64,000 nucleotides of DNA, from the NCBI GenBank assembly GCA_017501545.1, contig JAFVWS010000035.1, positions 11,408 through 75,407 of the forward strand, given 5' to 3'. This document shows positions 37,370 to 48,006 of the stretch, piece after piece. Under the pieces are notes generated by a model, which did not search any database, was not told the DNA's origin, and saw only the letters and a program-made list of their open reading frames with translations. The position numbers and the translations under genes are program-made. Each line of letters starts with the position of its first letter. Position 1 is the first letter of the stretch. Source of the stretch: Clostridia bacterium (lineage in GTDB: Bacteria; Bacillota; Clostridia; Oscillospirales; CAG-272).

Positions 37370-37538
37370 GCAAATCCAAAGACAGTAGGTCACAGTAATT
37401 GCATTTATGCTCCCTACCGAGGAAGAATTTATATAATTTTATAGTTAATAAATCTTTTTTCGGTGTGGATATTTATGCTTACTCGGAAAAAGATTTTTCT
37501 TTTTTCACTCTGTCGAAAAATTTAATAGGAGGTTAATT
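37370..37538 (+). ncRNA. ribosomal protein L10 leader (autoregulatory 5' UTR) with a terminator-like hairpin
   Basis: A ~170-nt structured leader lies between the promoter and rplJ. A long hairpin pairs AAATCTTTTTTCGG (37450-37463) with CGGAAAAAGATTT (37484-37497), followed by TTCTTTTTT. This matches the layout of the Firmicutes L10 leader. The family assignment rests on position and architecture only. Confidence 0.6.
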
Positions 37539-38048
37539 ATGCCAAGTAATTCAGTTCTTGAACAAAAGAAAGCCGTTGTTGCTGACCTTGTTGAAAAAAT
37601 CAAGAAGGCGCAAAGTGGTGTACTTGTTCAATACCAAGGTATCACAGTTGAAAATGATACAAAAATGCGTGCAGCTTTCAGAAAAGCAGGCGTTGACTAC
37701 ATGGTAATTAAAAATACCCTTATCGGTCGTGCTTGTGATGAAGTAGGCTATTCGGCAATGAAGGAAAACCTTAACGGTATGAGCGCTATCGCCATCGGTT
37801 ATGATGATCCAATTGCTCCTGCAAAAATCGCTAAAGAATATGCTGACAAGGTAGAAACCTTTGAAATCAAGGGTGGTTTCCTTGAAAATGCAGTTGTTGA
37901 TGCAAACACAGTAAAGGCTCTTGCTGACATTCCATCTAAGGAAGTTCTTCTTGCAAGATTCCTCGGAAGCATCCAAGGTCCAATTTCAGGCTTTGCTCGT
38001 GCTATCCAAGCAGTTATCGACCAAAAGAATGGCGTCGTAGCTGAGTAA
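37539..38048 (+). CDS. rplJ: 50S ribosomal protein L10
   Basis: 169 aa. Reads K..VV..L.EKIKKAQS.VLV.YQGITV...T.MR..FRKAGV.Y.V.KNTL. This is a canonical L10. Confidence 0.95.
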   Translation: MPSNSVLEQKKAVVADLVEKIKKAQSGVLVQYQGITVENDTKMRAAFRKAGVDYMVIKNTLIGRACDEVGYSAMKENLNGMSAIAIGYDDPIAPAKIAKEYADKVETFEIKGGFLENAVVDANTVKALADIPSKEVLLARFLGSIQGPISGFARAIQAVIDQKNGVVAE

Positions 38049-38125
38049 GTTTAGTATTTTGATTTAAAATACACAAAAAAAGAAAAATTTAAAAATTATA
38101 TTATCTAAACGGAGGATAAATTATC

Positions 38126-38497
38126 ATGGCTAACGAAAAAGTTACTAATATTCTTGAAGAAATCAAAACACTTTCAATTCTCGAGCTTGCTGACCTTGTA
38201 AAGGCAGTTGAGGAAGAGTTCGGCGTATCTGCAGCTCCTGTTGCAGTTGCTGGTGCTGCTGTAGCAGCTGCTCCTGTTGAGGAGAAGACAGAGTTTGACG
38301 TTGTACTTGTTGAAGCAGGTGCAAGCAAGCTTAACGTTATCAAGGTTGTAAGAGAGCTTACAGGTCTTGGTCTTAAGGAAGCTAAGGAACTCGTTGAGAG
38401 CGCTCCAAAGACAATCAAGGAAGCAGTCTCTAAGGAAACAGCTGAAGACATCGCTAAGCAACTTACAGACGCTGGCGCTAAGGCAGAGGTTAAATAA
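38126..38497 (+). CDS. rplL: 50S ribosomal protein L7/L12
   Basis: 123 aa. Has an Ala-rich hinge and [42 protein letters not shown]. Confidence 0.96.
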   Translation: MANEKVTNILEEIKTLSILELADLVKAVEEEFGVSAAPVAVAGAAVAAAPVEEKTEFDVVLVEAGASKLNVIKVVRELTGLGLKEAKELVESAPKTIKEAVSKETAEDIAKQLTDAGAKAEVK

Positions 38498-38516
38498 TTT
38501 TGATTTAATTTCAATT

Positions 38517-38548
38517 AAAAAGGACGGTTTTTCCGTCCTTTTTGTTTT
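38517..38548. terminator. intrinsic terminator after rplL (bidirectional)
   Basis: AAAAAGGACGG-TTTTT-CCGTCCTTTTT. Confidence 0.85.
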
Positions 38549-38579
38549 ATAAAAGAAAAAGAGCCAAACATCTCTTTTT

Positions 38580-39257
38580 TTATTTCTTTCTTACGAGTGG
38601 GAGTAATATATCGAAAAGCTGTTCAGGCGACTCAGCAATTAGTGATGCCTCAGCCTCTCTTAAAACATCCGGGTCACGATAGCCCCACGAAACTCCGATT
38701 GGCATAGCGCCTGCGTTTTTTGCAGTTTTCATATCAACGTCAGAGTCACCAACCATAATTGTGCTTTCAGGCTTAGCGCCAAGCCGTTTGCAAATACGCA
38801 AAAGCGCGCTTGGGTCTGGCTTTGCTGGCATGCCAGGGGCTTGTCCACACACGAGTGTAAAAAGCTTTTCCGGGAAAATTTTTGCAATTATATCCTTTAC
38901 AAACTTGTCCTGCTTGTTGCTAAGAACCGCAAGCTTAACCTTTGTTTCAGCCTTTAGCTCAGTAAGCGCTTCTGAAATTCCCTCGTATGGATAGGTTTTT
39001 TCCATATAACACTTTGCATATTCCTCCTCGTAGGTGGCAAGGGCAGAATCAACAATCATCTCGCTTGCCTGCACCTCCCTAGGAAGTGAACGGCGCACAA
39101 GCTCCCTTGCGCCATTATTTATAAACTTAAGTATATCGTTTTTTGTTCTTGTTTTATATCCGAGGCGCATTAGCATTCCATTAACTGCTGTGTGTATATC
39201 GTCAATGGTGTAGGCAAGTGTGCCATCAAGGTCTAATATTAATGCGTAAGATGCCAT
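38580..39257 (-). CDS. HAD-superfamily hydrolase (phosphoglycolate phosphatase-like)
   Basis: Motif I LDLDGTL. Also LSNK and VGDSDVDMKTAKNAG. Confidence 0.8.
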   Translation of the reverse strand: MASYALILDLDGTLAYTIDDIHTAVNGMLMRLGYKTRTKNDILKFINNGARELVRRSLPREVQASEMIVDSALATYEEEYAKCYMEKTYPYEGISEALTELKAETKVKLAVLSNKQDKFVKDIIAKIFPEKLFTLVCGQAPGMPAKPDPSALLRICKRLGAKPESTIMVGDSDVDMKTAKNAGAMPIGVSWGYRDPDVLREAEASLIAESPEQLFDILLPLVRKK

Positions 39258-39299
39258 AATTGCTCCTTTTTTGAAAAATAGTGGTGGATGTGTCGCTTT

Positions 39300-40217
39300 T
39301 TATTCAAAAAGCCCCGATGAAAAATAGCGAAGCCCAGTGTCGGGAAGAAGGACAACAACCGTCTTTCCCTCCTCGCTTTGACACACCTCAATTGCTGCCT
39401 TAAGTGCAGCGCCTGAGGAAATTCCACAAAGAATACCCTCCATGGTTGCAAGCGTGCGCGCATATTCATATGCGTCAGCGTCACTAACTGTAATTATTTT
39501 GTCAATATATTCCTTTTCAAGCGTTTTCGGAATGAAGTTTGCGCCTATGCCTTGAATCTTGTGCGCACCAGAATATCCCTTTGAAATAAGAGGAGAGCCA
39601 CTTGGCTCAACACCTATTGTAACAATGCTTGCCTTTTCTTCCTTTAGGTATTTTGAGGTGCCACTAATCGTCCCACCTGTGCCTATTGTGGATACGAAAA
39701 TATCGACACGTCCCTCGGTGTTTTTTAGAATTTCTGGTCCCGTTGTTAGATAATGTGCCTCTGGGTTTGACATTCTTTCAAACTGACCGAGCAGGTAAGC
39801 GCCCTCTATTTCATTTGCAAGCTCATTTGCTTTTTCGACAGCGCCATTCATACCGAGTGCGCCGTTTGTTAGGACAATTTTTGCGCCATATGCGCTTATT
39901 GCCATTATTCTTTCCTTAGACATTGAGTCAGGCATTACTATAACGACATTATACCCACGCACAGCGCCAAGCATAGCGAGTGCAATACCAGTATTTCCAC
40001 TTGTCGCCTCAATTATCGTTGCGCCCTTTTTGATTTTGCCCTCTCTCTCCAACGCATCAAGCATATTCTTAACAGTCCTATCCTTAGAGGACGACGCTGG
40101 GTTAAACGACTCAAGCTTTGCAATAAGAGTAGATTTAAGCCCGTATTTTTCTTTAATTTTCGTAAGCTCCACCATAGGAGTATTGCCGATTAATTCTTCA
40201 ACTGATTTATAAACCAC
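39300..40217 (-). CDS. cysK: cysteine synthase A (O-acetylserine sulfhydrylase)
   Basis: GTG start with an AAGGAGG RBS. PLP-lysine motif NPASSSKDR. Also TSGNTGIALA and GTGGTISG. Preceded by a TTGACA-17-TAAAAT promoter and a short leader. Confidence 0.9.
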   Translation of the reverse strand: MVYKSVEELIGNTPMVELTKIKEKYGLKSTLIAKLESFNPASSSKDRTVKNMLDALEREGKIKKGATIIEATSGNTGIALAMLGAVRGYNVVIVMPDSMSKERIMAISAYGAKIVLTNGALGMNGAVEKANELANEIEGAYLLGQFERMSNPEAHYLTTGPEILKNTEGRVDIFVSTIGTGGTISGTSKYLKEEKASIVTIGVEPSGSPLISKGYSGAHKIQGIGANFIPKTLEKEYIDKIITVSDADAYEYARTLATMEGILCGISSGAALKAAIEVCQSEEGKTVVVLLPDTGLRYFSSGLFE

Positions 40218-40435
40218 CCTATTGCCTCCTTAATTTTAATCTCAATAAATACATTTTACCACTATTTTCGCCCTGTGTCAACAAAGTGAAAAAATTATGA
40301 AAAAACATTTTGTTAAAATATTCATATTGATTTATTAATTCAGTTATGCTATACTTTAATTTGAAGTATTACGCGTGTTATTTACGCGCATATTATAAAG
40401 TCGCAAAATTGCTTATAACAAGGGAGTAGCTTTTA

Positions 40436-41386
40436 ATGATAGAAATTAACAATCTTGTAAGAAAATTTGGAAACAAATATGCTCTTGACGGGGTGTCATT
40501 TACCGTTGGCAAGGGTGAAATTGTAGGCTTTCTTGGCCCTAACGGCGCAGGAAAATCCACCACTATGAATATTATTACGGGCTATTTATCCCCAACCTCC
40601 GGCTCTGTCTCTGTTGATGGAATTGACGTTTTTTCCGAGCCACTTAAGGTTAAAAGGCTAATCGGCTTTTTGCCAGAGCAACCACCTCTTTATATTGATA
40701 TGACCGTTTGGGAATACCTCTCGTTCGTATTTGATTTAAAGGGCTGTGACTACAACAAAAGGGCACACCTTGAGGAAATTTGTGACCTTGTTAAAATTAC
40801 CGACGTTAAAAGGCGACTTATTAAAAATCTCTCAAAGGGTTATAAGCAAAGAGTTGGTATTGCAAGTGCAATAATCGGCAACCCACCCGTTATTATCTTT
40901 GACGAGCCAACGGTTGGACTTGACCCTAAGCAAATTATCGAAATCAGAACCCTGCTTCGCTCACTTGCGAAGAATCATACAATAATTCTCTCAACGCATA
41001 TTCTTTCCGAGGTACAAGCCGTTTGTGACAGAATTGTCGTTATTAACGAGGGAAAAATCATTGCAGACCAAAAAACTGCCAAGCTTAGCGAAACGCTTGG
41101 TCAAAACAACCGCTTCCGTGTTAAGATTGCTGGTCCAAGCAAGGAGGTTTCAAACCTTCTTAAGACCATTCACAGCGTAACAAAAGTTACACAGGACGGC
41201 GTGCGTGAGGGTGATGCATTCAATTTCATAGTAGAATATAATGGCTCCGTTGACATCAGAAAAATGATGTTCCGTGCGCTTGCCGACAAGGGCTGGCCTA
41301 TTCTTGCTATGGAGGGCGTTGAAATTTCACTTGAGGACTTGTTTGTTAAGCTTATTGAAAACAATTTAAGGGAGGATTTAAAGTGA
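40436..41386 (+). CDS. ABC transporter ATP-binding protein (ABC-2/GldA-like)
   Basis: Walker A GPNGAGKST, signature LSKGYKQR, Walker B IIFDEPTVGLD. Confidence 0.85.
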   Translation: MIEINNLVRKFGNKYALDGVSFTVGKGEIVGFLGPNGAGKSTTMNIITGYLSPTSGSVSVDGIDVFSEPLKVKRLIGFLPEQPPLYIDMTVWEYLSFVFDLKGCDYNKRAHLEEICDLVKITDVKRRLIKNLSKGYKQRVGIASAIIGNPPVIIFDEPTVGLDPKQIIEIRTLLRSLAKNHTIILSTHILSEVQAVCDRIVVINEGKIIADQKTAKLSETLGQNNRFRVKIAGPSKEVSNLLKTIHSVTKVTQDGVREGDAFNFIVEYNGSVDIRKMMFRALADKGWPILAMEGVEISLEDLFVKLIENNLREDLK

Positions 41387-42126
41387 TAGCAATTTACTCA
41401 AAGGAAATGAAGCAGTATTTCACAACGGCAACAGGCTACATATTTCTTATTGTTTCGCTTGTTTCCTCTTCACTGGTTCTTTCCTTAACTACTATTATGC
41501 AAAGCGAGCCAAGCTCTGATACAAGCAACTATTTTACCATAGTGCTTATTCTTATGATGGTTCTTTTGCCTATACTTACAATGAGAAGCTTTAGTGATGA
41601 AAAGAGAACAAAGACTGACCAGCTTCTCTTTACCTCTCCTGTGCGTATTTTCTCACTTGTTTTTGGTAAATTCTTAAGCGCGCTTACAATGTTCATTATT
41701 TATATCGCGCTATCTCTTTTTAGCTTTATTCCTCTTTTTGCATTCGTTGCAGAGGGTGCAAGTGGCCCTAACGTTGCTATGATTATAGGAAATATTATTG
41801 CACTTATCCTCGTTGGTATGTGCTTTATCGCTATCGGCATTTTCATCTCATCACTTACCGAAAATATGTTTGCATCAGCAGTTATTACAGTAGCTACGCT
41901 TTTTGTGCTACTTCTTATAAATGGCATTTCATCACTTTCATTTTTACAGGGTGACGGCTTTGCATACGTTGTAAGAACAGTTATAAACTGGCTTTCTATC
42001 TTTTCAAGATTTGATGCGTTTGCCTTTGGCTACTTCGATATTGGTGCGCTAATTTATTATTTATCAGTATCTGGAATTTTCATTTTCCTAACTGAGCGCT
42101 ATTTCCAAGCGAAGAGACTTAGTTAA
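41383..42126 (+). CDS. ABC-2-type permease (GldF-like)
   Basis: 247 aa with ~6 predicted hydrophobic helices. Overlaps the ATPase gene by 4 nt. Confidence 0.7.
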   Translation: MIAIYSKEMKQYFTTATGYIFLIVSLVSSSLVLSLTTIMQSEPSSDTSNYFTIVLILMMVLLPILTMRSFSDEKRTKTDQLLFTSPVRIFSLVFGKFLSALTMFIIYIALSLFSFIPLFAFVAEGASGPNVAMIIGNIIALILVGMCFIAIGIFISSLTENMFASAVITVATLFVLLLINGISSLSFLQGDGFAYVVRTVINWLSIFSRFDAFAFGYFDIGALIYYLSVSGIFIFLTERYFQAKRLS

Positions 42127-42138
42127 GGGGGTGCCAAA

Positions 42139-43878
42139 ATGGATTTTTTAAAGAAGCTTACTAATAAAAGAAAAATCAAATATGGCGCCGTGCTTGCTAT
42201 ATTCTTGGTTCTTGTAATTTCAGCAGTTATCATATTTAACTCAATTATTTCCGTCCTTGCTGAGCGCTTTAACTGGTTCTTTGATATGACAGAGGAGCAG
42301 CTTTACACCGCATCTGACGATTTCGTTAACGCAATGGACAAAATAAATCAAAATGCACAGCTTGAAATAGTTTTCTTTGACGAAAAGGACTCTATTTCTG
42401 CCGACCACTCATCAGTTGGTGGCAAGGTTGGTCTTGCTTACGTTCACCAAACGGCAACAGACCTTGCAAGAAAGCTTGACAATATTTCAGTTTCATACCA
42501 TTCAATTGACGATATTGACTACATAAATCAGTTTAGAGATGGTGGTAAAATTTCAAGCGAGCGAAACGTTGTAATCAAGCGTACCGACCTTTCTGGTGAC
42601 GCACCTCAGTTTGAGGTATATAACCCAAGCTACTTCTATGCATTTGACGAAGCTGGTGCGCTCTTTGCCTACAATGGTGAGGTTAGACTTCTTGAGGCAT
42701 CAATTCGTCTTTCAACAAACACTGACCCAACCGTTTACTTTACTGCAAGCCATGGTGAGACGTGGTACACAGTTCTAAACGGCGCAGTTTCACAAACCTC
42801 ACTTGGCGCGCTCTTTGCGAATGCAGGCTTTATCGTTTTGCCTATTGACCTTGATGAGAAAATTTACACCTGTAAAAACGTAATCAACAAGGCGGGCGAC
42901 ATTTGTGGCAAGCAATATAGCCCTACATACGATTTTGGTATTCTTGAGGATACTGAGCGTGAGGAAATCACAATAAACAGGGTTAAAGAGCTTTTGGTAA
43001 AGAAGGACTTTGTCTGCTCGTGCGGGGCTGAGGCTGTTACCATTACTGACTCTATGCTAAGTGAGCGTGAGCGCTTGCCTGCAAACACTCAGGCGATAGT
43101 TATAAACGAGCCTATGGTTGACTTTGAGGAGAAGGAAATTGAGCTTCTTGAGTCGTTCCTTTCAAACTATGGCGCAGTTATGTCATTCCTTAATGACGAG
43201 GCTGACCTGCCAGAGCTTTACGGCTGGTTTGAGACCTGGGGTGGTATTAAGGTTAACAATGGTGCCGGTATTCTCACGGCTGACAAGTCAACAACCATCA
43301 AGGGTAATATCCCATCTGACTCTGCGGCAGCGCAAGCATACTTCAGCGACCTAATTTCACTTGACATTGACCCTAAGCTAACTGATGCTATCACGCTTAC
43401 AATTGACGAGAAATTTATTGAGGGTAACCTTGAGAGTGGCTATAACGTACAAAGAACAGCAACAGAGCTTTTAAGGGCGCCATCAAACGCTTATGCAAAC
43501 GGAAGCCTTGTAAGCTCCAAGGATCGCACGCTAATGGCTATTACCAAGTCAGAAAGCTTGCTTGCTAACCCAGATCATGACTCAATCGGTGAGGACGAGT
43601 TTACCTCTTACCTTATGGTTTCATCAAGTGGCTTTACAGATATGCTTACTGACGAAACAAGTGCAAACGTAAACACAAAGGTAATTCGTTCATTAATCCA
43701 CGCAACAACCGGTGTTCAAACATATTCAACAAACCTTGACTTCAAGGTGTTTAACTCATATTCACTTGATATCACACCTCGCGAGGCAACCACATTCTTT
43801 ATTATTTCTCTAACCGTTTTACCAATTATAATTGGTGTGACTGGACTAACTATAATAATTAGGAGAAAGAGAAGATGA
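42139..43878 (+). CDS. GldG-like ABC-transporter auxiliary protein (large extracytoplasmic domain between N- and C-terminal TM anchors)
   Basis: N-terminal TM YGAVLAIFLVLVISAVIIF and C-terminal TM FFIISLTVLPIIIGVTGLTIIIRRKRR. It occupies the same position after the GldA/GldF-like genes as the ABC_transp_aux family. The call rests on architecture and synteny. Confidence 0.55.
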   Translation: MDFLKKLTNKRKIKYGAVLAIFLVLVISAVIIFNSIISVLAERFNWFFDMTEEQLYTASDDFVNAMDKINQNAQLEIVFFDEKDSISADHSSVGGKVGLAYVHQTATDLARKLDNISVSYHSIDDIDYINQFRDGGKISSERNVVIKRTDLSGDAPQFEVYNPSYFYAFDEAGALFAYNGEVRLLEASIRLSTNTDPTVYFTASHGETWYTVLNGAVSQTSLGALFANAGFIVLPIDLDEKIYTCKNVINKAGDICGKQYSPTYDFGILEDTEREEITINRVKELLVKKDFVCSCGAEAVTITDSMLSERERLPANTQAIVINEPMVDFEEKEIELLESFLSNYGAVMSFLNDEADLPELYGWFETWGGIKVNNGAGILTADKSTTIKGNIPSDSAAAQAYFSDLISLDIDPKLTDAITLTIDEKFIEGNLESGYNVQRTATELLRAPSNAYANGSLVSSKDRTLMAITKSESLLANPDHDSIGEDEFTSYLMVSSSGFTDMLTDETSANVNTKVIRSLIHATTGVQTYSTNLDFKVFNSYSLDITPREATTFFIISLTVLPIIIGVTGLTIIIRRKRR

Positions 43879-45650
43879 GTGAAATTCAAAAGAACGAAAG
43901 CACAATCTTTAGCGAGAACACAAAAATCGCTAAGGTAAAGGCAAGAAAGAAAGCTTCCCCCTTGCCATTTATCATTCTTGGTGCAGTTGTTGTTTTGCTT
44001 ATCGTCTCACTCGTTTTAGTAATTGTTTTAACTCGCGAGCCAGAAGAGCCAGAGCTACCTAAATTTGACGTTTGGGAGGGTGAGGACGTATTTGGAAATG
44101 CGGCGCACCTTGCTTATCCTATGGTTGACGAAAATTCAGTTACTGAAATTGAGATTTTCCAAGAGGGCGAAAGCTACAAATTCATAAAAAGCTGGGACGA
44201 AAACCTTGGAAAATACGACTGGCGAATTGATGGTATGGCAGAGATAGACCTAAACGCAACCACGTTTGAAATGCTACGTATGTGGGTTTGCACTGCGACT
44301 ACCAAAACGCCTATTAGAAACGCAACGGAAAAACAGCTTAGCGACTACGGAGTTGACAAGCAAGCACACAACGGCTACACCCTTAAGTATAAGGAAAACG
44401 GCGTTGATAAATCATACACCGTGCGCATAGGAAACAAGGTTGCCTCAAAGGACAACGTTTACTATGCATATATTGAGGGAAGAAATCACGTTTACAAGCT
44501 TTCTGCAAGCATAATAGAATACACAACCGACAAAAACAAGCTTAGCTATCTATCCCCTGTTATAAACACGTTTTTCTCAGGAGAAACAAATGCAATGCTT
44601 GGTATTGATAAGTTTGACGTTTACCTAACGGACGGAAACGACACAACACTTAAATCCGTCGTTTCAATTCAAGTCAACGAAAGGGACGAGGCAGCCGTTG
44701 AATTTAAGGCTGTTTACGGCTTTGACGACCTTGGCAGACAAAGGACGACAATTGCATCGACCTCATACGCAATAGAGGTATTTTCAACCCTTTATATGGC
44801 GTTTTCCGGTGAGGAGGTTGTCGCATTTAAGCCAAGCGATAAGGAGCTTAAGTCCTTTGGACTTGCCAGCGAGGATGAAAAATACTACATAAACGTAGAA
44901 TTTGCGAACGACGCCTCATTTGCATCACCTACGTATGCAAAAAAGGACCCTGGCATTTACGTAAGCCTTGAAAAGGACGGCAACTACTACGTCCTTTCAG
45001 AATATTATGGAGAAAAGGTGATTGTTAAGGTTCCAAGCGATAAGCTTAGCTTCCTTGGCACCGATACCTTTAAGCTATTTAAGTGGACGGACACAAACTC
45101 AGTTAAGACAAGCTTTTTTGAAACGCTTACAGAAACAGAGACAGCGCCTGGACTTTCAAAAATGATACTTAAGACTGGCAAAAACGAGGAAACCTTTGAC
45201 CTTGTATTTGACCCAGAAACAGAAATTTTGACTGTTACTGCTGAGAAAAGTGGACTTGTTTTCGCTGACGTTAAGGACGAAAATGGTAGCTTTAATATAA
45301 ACAAATTCAGAAATCTTTACGTTTACCTTTTATATTTCCCATTTATAAACAGCTTTAATAGTATGTCAGATGAAGAGACAAGCGAGTACATCAAGGAAGA
45401 AAACCTTGTTTATTCAATAACTGCGTACAGAAACGACGATACTGTCGTAAGATATAAATATTACGCGACCTCGGCAAGCTTAGCCATTGAGTCAGTTGAG
45501 ACAGGCAAGTTAGATGGGGAGAGCGTTATATGGGACGCACCAAGCTATGGTAACATAGTTTCGCGCGAGGATTTACGTAGAGTAATAAACGCAATTGACA
45601 AGCTTTTAGCGGGTGAGGAGCTTTTGCCCGACGAAGATATATTAGCATAA
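43875..45650 (+). CDS. membrane-anchored extracytoplasmic protein, DUF4340-like by position
   Basis: Single N-terminal TM FIILGAVVVLLIVSLVLVIVL and a 4-nt overlap with the preceding gene. In my recollection DUF4340 proteins follow gldG-like genes. This was not verified by a search. Confidence 0.45.
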   Translation: MSEIQKNESTIFSENTKIAKVKARKKASPLPFIILGAVVVLLIVSLVLVIVLTREPEEPELPKFDVWEGEDVFGNAAHLAYPMVDENSVTEIEIFQEGESYKFIKSWDENLGKYDWRIDGMAEIDLNATTFEMLRMWVCTATTKTPIRNATEKQLSDYGVDKQAHNGYTLKYKENGVDKSYTVRIGNKVASKDNVYYAYIEGRNHVYKLSASIIEYTTDKNKLSYLSPVINTFFSGETNAMLGIDKFDVYLTDGNDTTLKSVVSIQVNERDEAAVEFKAVYGFDDLGRQRTTIASTSYAIEVFSTLYMAFSGEEVVAFKPSDKELKSFGLASEDEKYYINVEFANDASFASPTYAKKDPGIYVSLEKDGNYYVLSEYYGEKVIVKVPSDKLSFLGTDTFKLFKWTDTNSVKTSFFETLTETETAPGLSKMILKTGKNEETFDLVFDPETEILTVTAEKSGLVFADVKDENGSFNINKFRNLYVYLLYFPFINSFNSMSDEETSEYIKEENLVYSITAYRNDDTVVRYKYYATSASLAIESVETGKLDGESVIWDAPSYGNIVSREDLRRVINAIDKLLAGEELLPDEDILA

Positions 45651-45665
45651 GGAAGGACCTATTTT

Positions 45666-48005
45666 ATGGAATACAAATACGGTTATTTTAATGAAAGCGG
45701 AGACGAATTTATAATTACCGCGCCAAACACTCCACGTCCATTTGACAACTTTTTGTTCAATGATGCGTGCTATGCAAACGTACACCAAACCGGTATCGGT
45801 TGCTTTGACTATCAAATAAACGGAACTGAGGGTATTCAGCTTTATACTGGCGTTGGTCGTATCTGCGACTACGACGTTTTCGGCAAAAACCACCTTTACA
45901 ACCGCCTTGTTTTCATTCGCGATAATGAAACTGGTGAATTCTGGACCCTTAACTGGGAGCCAGTTTGTCACCCATACCAAAGCTACAAATGCACACAGGG
46001 CCTTGGCTATACAATAGTTGAAAATAAGACCTGCGACACTCTTGGCACTCTTCGTCTTTTCGTTCCAACAGGAAACGATGCGTGCGAGATTTGGAAGCTT
46101 TCAGTAAAGAACGAGGGCACAAAGAAGCGCTCATATTCTATCTTTACATACAGCCAAATTCAATTTAAGTTTAAATGGGGCTTTGATAGCTACGGCGACA
46201 CTATGTATCGTGGCACACGCTTTGACGAGGGAAGAAACACCTTCTATATGAACAAGCACCCATTTATTAAGCCACATAACTACCTAACTGCATTTATGGT
46301 TGCAGACGAGAAAATCACTGGTAGCGAGGGCTGTGAAAACGTATTCATCGGTGAGTATGGTACAATTGCATCTCCTGAGGTAGTACGTGAGGGAGTTAGC
46401 CGTGGCTCAATCGGCTCAGCAAACGCAACAATCTGCTCACTTCGCTTTGACATTGAGCTTGACGCAGGCGAGAACAAGGATATTTCACTTCTTCTTGGCG
46501 CTGGAAAGTGTGAGGACGACAGTCTAAAAATGGCTGAAAAATACCTCTCTAAGCAAGACGAATATTTCGAGGCCACCAAGAAATATTATAAGGAGCTTTA
46601 CTCAAAGAACCATATCACAACAAACGACGAGCATTTTGACCGTCTAATTAACTTCTGGGGCAAGCACGCAACACACTTCGGTGCGACCTGGTGTCGTTGG
46701 GGCTACAATGGCTATCGTGATATCGTTCAACACGGCTTTGGTGTTGTTTCATTTAAGAATGAAAGAACAAAGCAAATTCTAAAAGAGGCAATTCAAAATC
46801 AATATTCAAGCGGTATGGCTGTTCGTGGCTGGAACCCGGTTGATACTAAGCCTTACTCTGACTCAGCGCTTTGGCTTGAATTTACTCTTACAGCTTACCT
46901 ACGTGAAACTGGCGACGTTGAATTCTTAAACGAGGTATATCCATTTAGAGATGAGGGAGAGGCAACTGTACTCGGACATATGGATAGAGCCCTTGACTTC
47001 CTTGAATCCAACAAGGGAGAGCATAACCTACTTCTTATCAAGTTTGGTGACTGGAACGATTCACTTACCGGCGTTGGTAAGGAGGGACGAGGGGAGAGCG
47101 TATGGCTTTCTATCGCTTATGCACAGGCTCTACTTGAAATGGCTGAGCTTGCTAAATTCCTTGGCATGCCAGAAAAGGAAAAGAATTATCTATCCCGTCG
47201 CGAATCTATCAAGACCGCAATTAACGATAACGCGTGGGATGGCGAATGGTACAGACGCTGTTACACAGACAACGGCGCACCTCTTGGCTCAAAGGAAAAC
47301 AAGTACGCAAAGATGTTTATGGAGCCACAATGCTGGTCACTTATCTCTGGCGTTGCATCAGAGGAGCGTGCTAACACAATTATCAAGGCAATGGATGAGC
47401 ATATGGCAACACCAGTTGGCTACCTGCTTCTAACTCCTTCATATAAGGAATTCGACCCTACAATCGGACGTATTTCCTCAATGGAGCCAGGTATTTGCGA
47501 AAACGGCACAATCTACTCACACACAAACATCTGGATGATTTTAGGACTTCTTAAGTACGGCAAGGCTGACCTCGCTTACGAGCTATTTAAGAAGATAGCT
47601 CCTGGCTACATAATCGGCGACAACACCGAAATTAAGAACAAGTGCCTACCATATATGTTCTCAAACTGCTACTTTGGCCCAGAGCACAGAAACAGCGCAT
47701 TCCAAATGGAATATAGCTGGATTACTGGCTCAGTTGCTTGGTACACAAACACAATGGAGAACTACTTAGTTGGTCTTCGTCCAACATATGAGGGACTTGT
47801 TGTTGACCCACATCTACCATTTGACAAGGCAACAATGACAAGAGAGTTCCGTGGTGCTACATACGAAATTTCAATCTCCAACCCAGAGAAGAAATACAAG
47901 GCTGACAAGCTTGATATTACTGTTGATGGCAAAGCGATAAACGGCACAATCTTACCAGACTTCAAGGACGGAAAGAAGCACACAGTTATTGTTACTGTTA
48001 AATAA
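45666..48005 (+). CDS. GH94-like glycoside phosphorylase (cellobiose/chitobiose phosphorylase superfamily)
   Basis: 779 aa with no signal peptide. The N-terminus YGYFNESGDEFIITAPNTPRPFDNFLFND resembles the cellobiose phosphorylase N-terminus. The FGDWNDSL motif (catalytic Asp region) and an (alpha/alpha)6-type C-terminal half are present. Confidence 0.65.
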   Translation: MEYKYGYFNESGDEFIITAPNTPRPFDNFLFNDACYANVHQTGIGCFDYQINGTEGIQLYTGVGRICDYDVFGKNHLYNRLVFIRDNETGEFWTLNWEPVCHPYQSYKCTQGLGYTIVENKTCDTLGTLRLFVPTGNDACEIWKLSVKNEGTKKRSYSIFTYSQIQFKFKWGFDSYGDTMYRGTRFDEGRNTFYMNKHPFIKPHNYLTAFMVADEKITGSEGCENVFIGEYGTIASPEVVREGVSRGSIGSANATICSLRFDIELDAGENKDISLLLGAGKCEDDSLKMAEKYLSKQDEYFEATKKYYKELYSKNHITTNDEHFDRLINFWGKHATHFGATWCRWGYNGYRDIVQHGFGVVSFKNERTKQILKEAIQNQYSSGMAVRGWNPVDTKPYSDSALWLEFTLTAYLRETGDVEFLNEVYPFRDEGEATVLGHMDRALDFLESNKGEHNLLLIKFGDWNDSLTGVGKEGRGESVWLSIAYAQALLEMAELAKFLGMPEKEKNYLSRRESIKTAINDNAWDGEWYRRCYTDNGAPLGSKENKYAKMFMEPQCWSLISGVASEERANTIIKAMDEHMATPVGYLLLTPSYKEFDPTIGRISSMEPGICENGTIYSHTNIWMILGLLKYGKADLAYELFKKIAPGYIIGDNTEIKNKCLPYMFSNCYFGPEHRNSAFQMEYSWITGSVAWYTNTMENYLVGLRPTYEGLVVDPHLPFDKATMTREFRGATYEISISNPEKKYKADKLDITVDGKAINGTILPDFKDGKKHTVIVTVK

Positions 48006-48006
48006 T

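Noticed and set aside
38101-38514. Antisense shadow ORFs inside highly expressed genes (for example 38101-38514 and 38174-38461 opposite rplL, 37551-37976 opposite rplJ, 4669-5055 opposite S1, 51204-51644 opposite ppdK, 35371-35787 opposite dnaD-like, 8482-8982 opposite the flavoprotein)
   Set aside because: They lie fully within well-supported genes on the opposite strand, lack an RBS, and give low-complexity Ser/Ala/Leu-rich translations typical of frame shadows.
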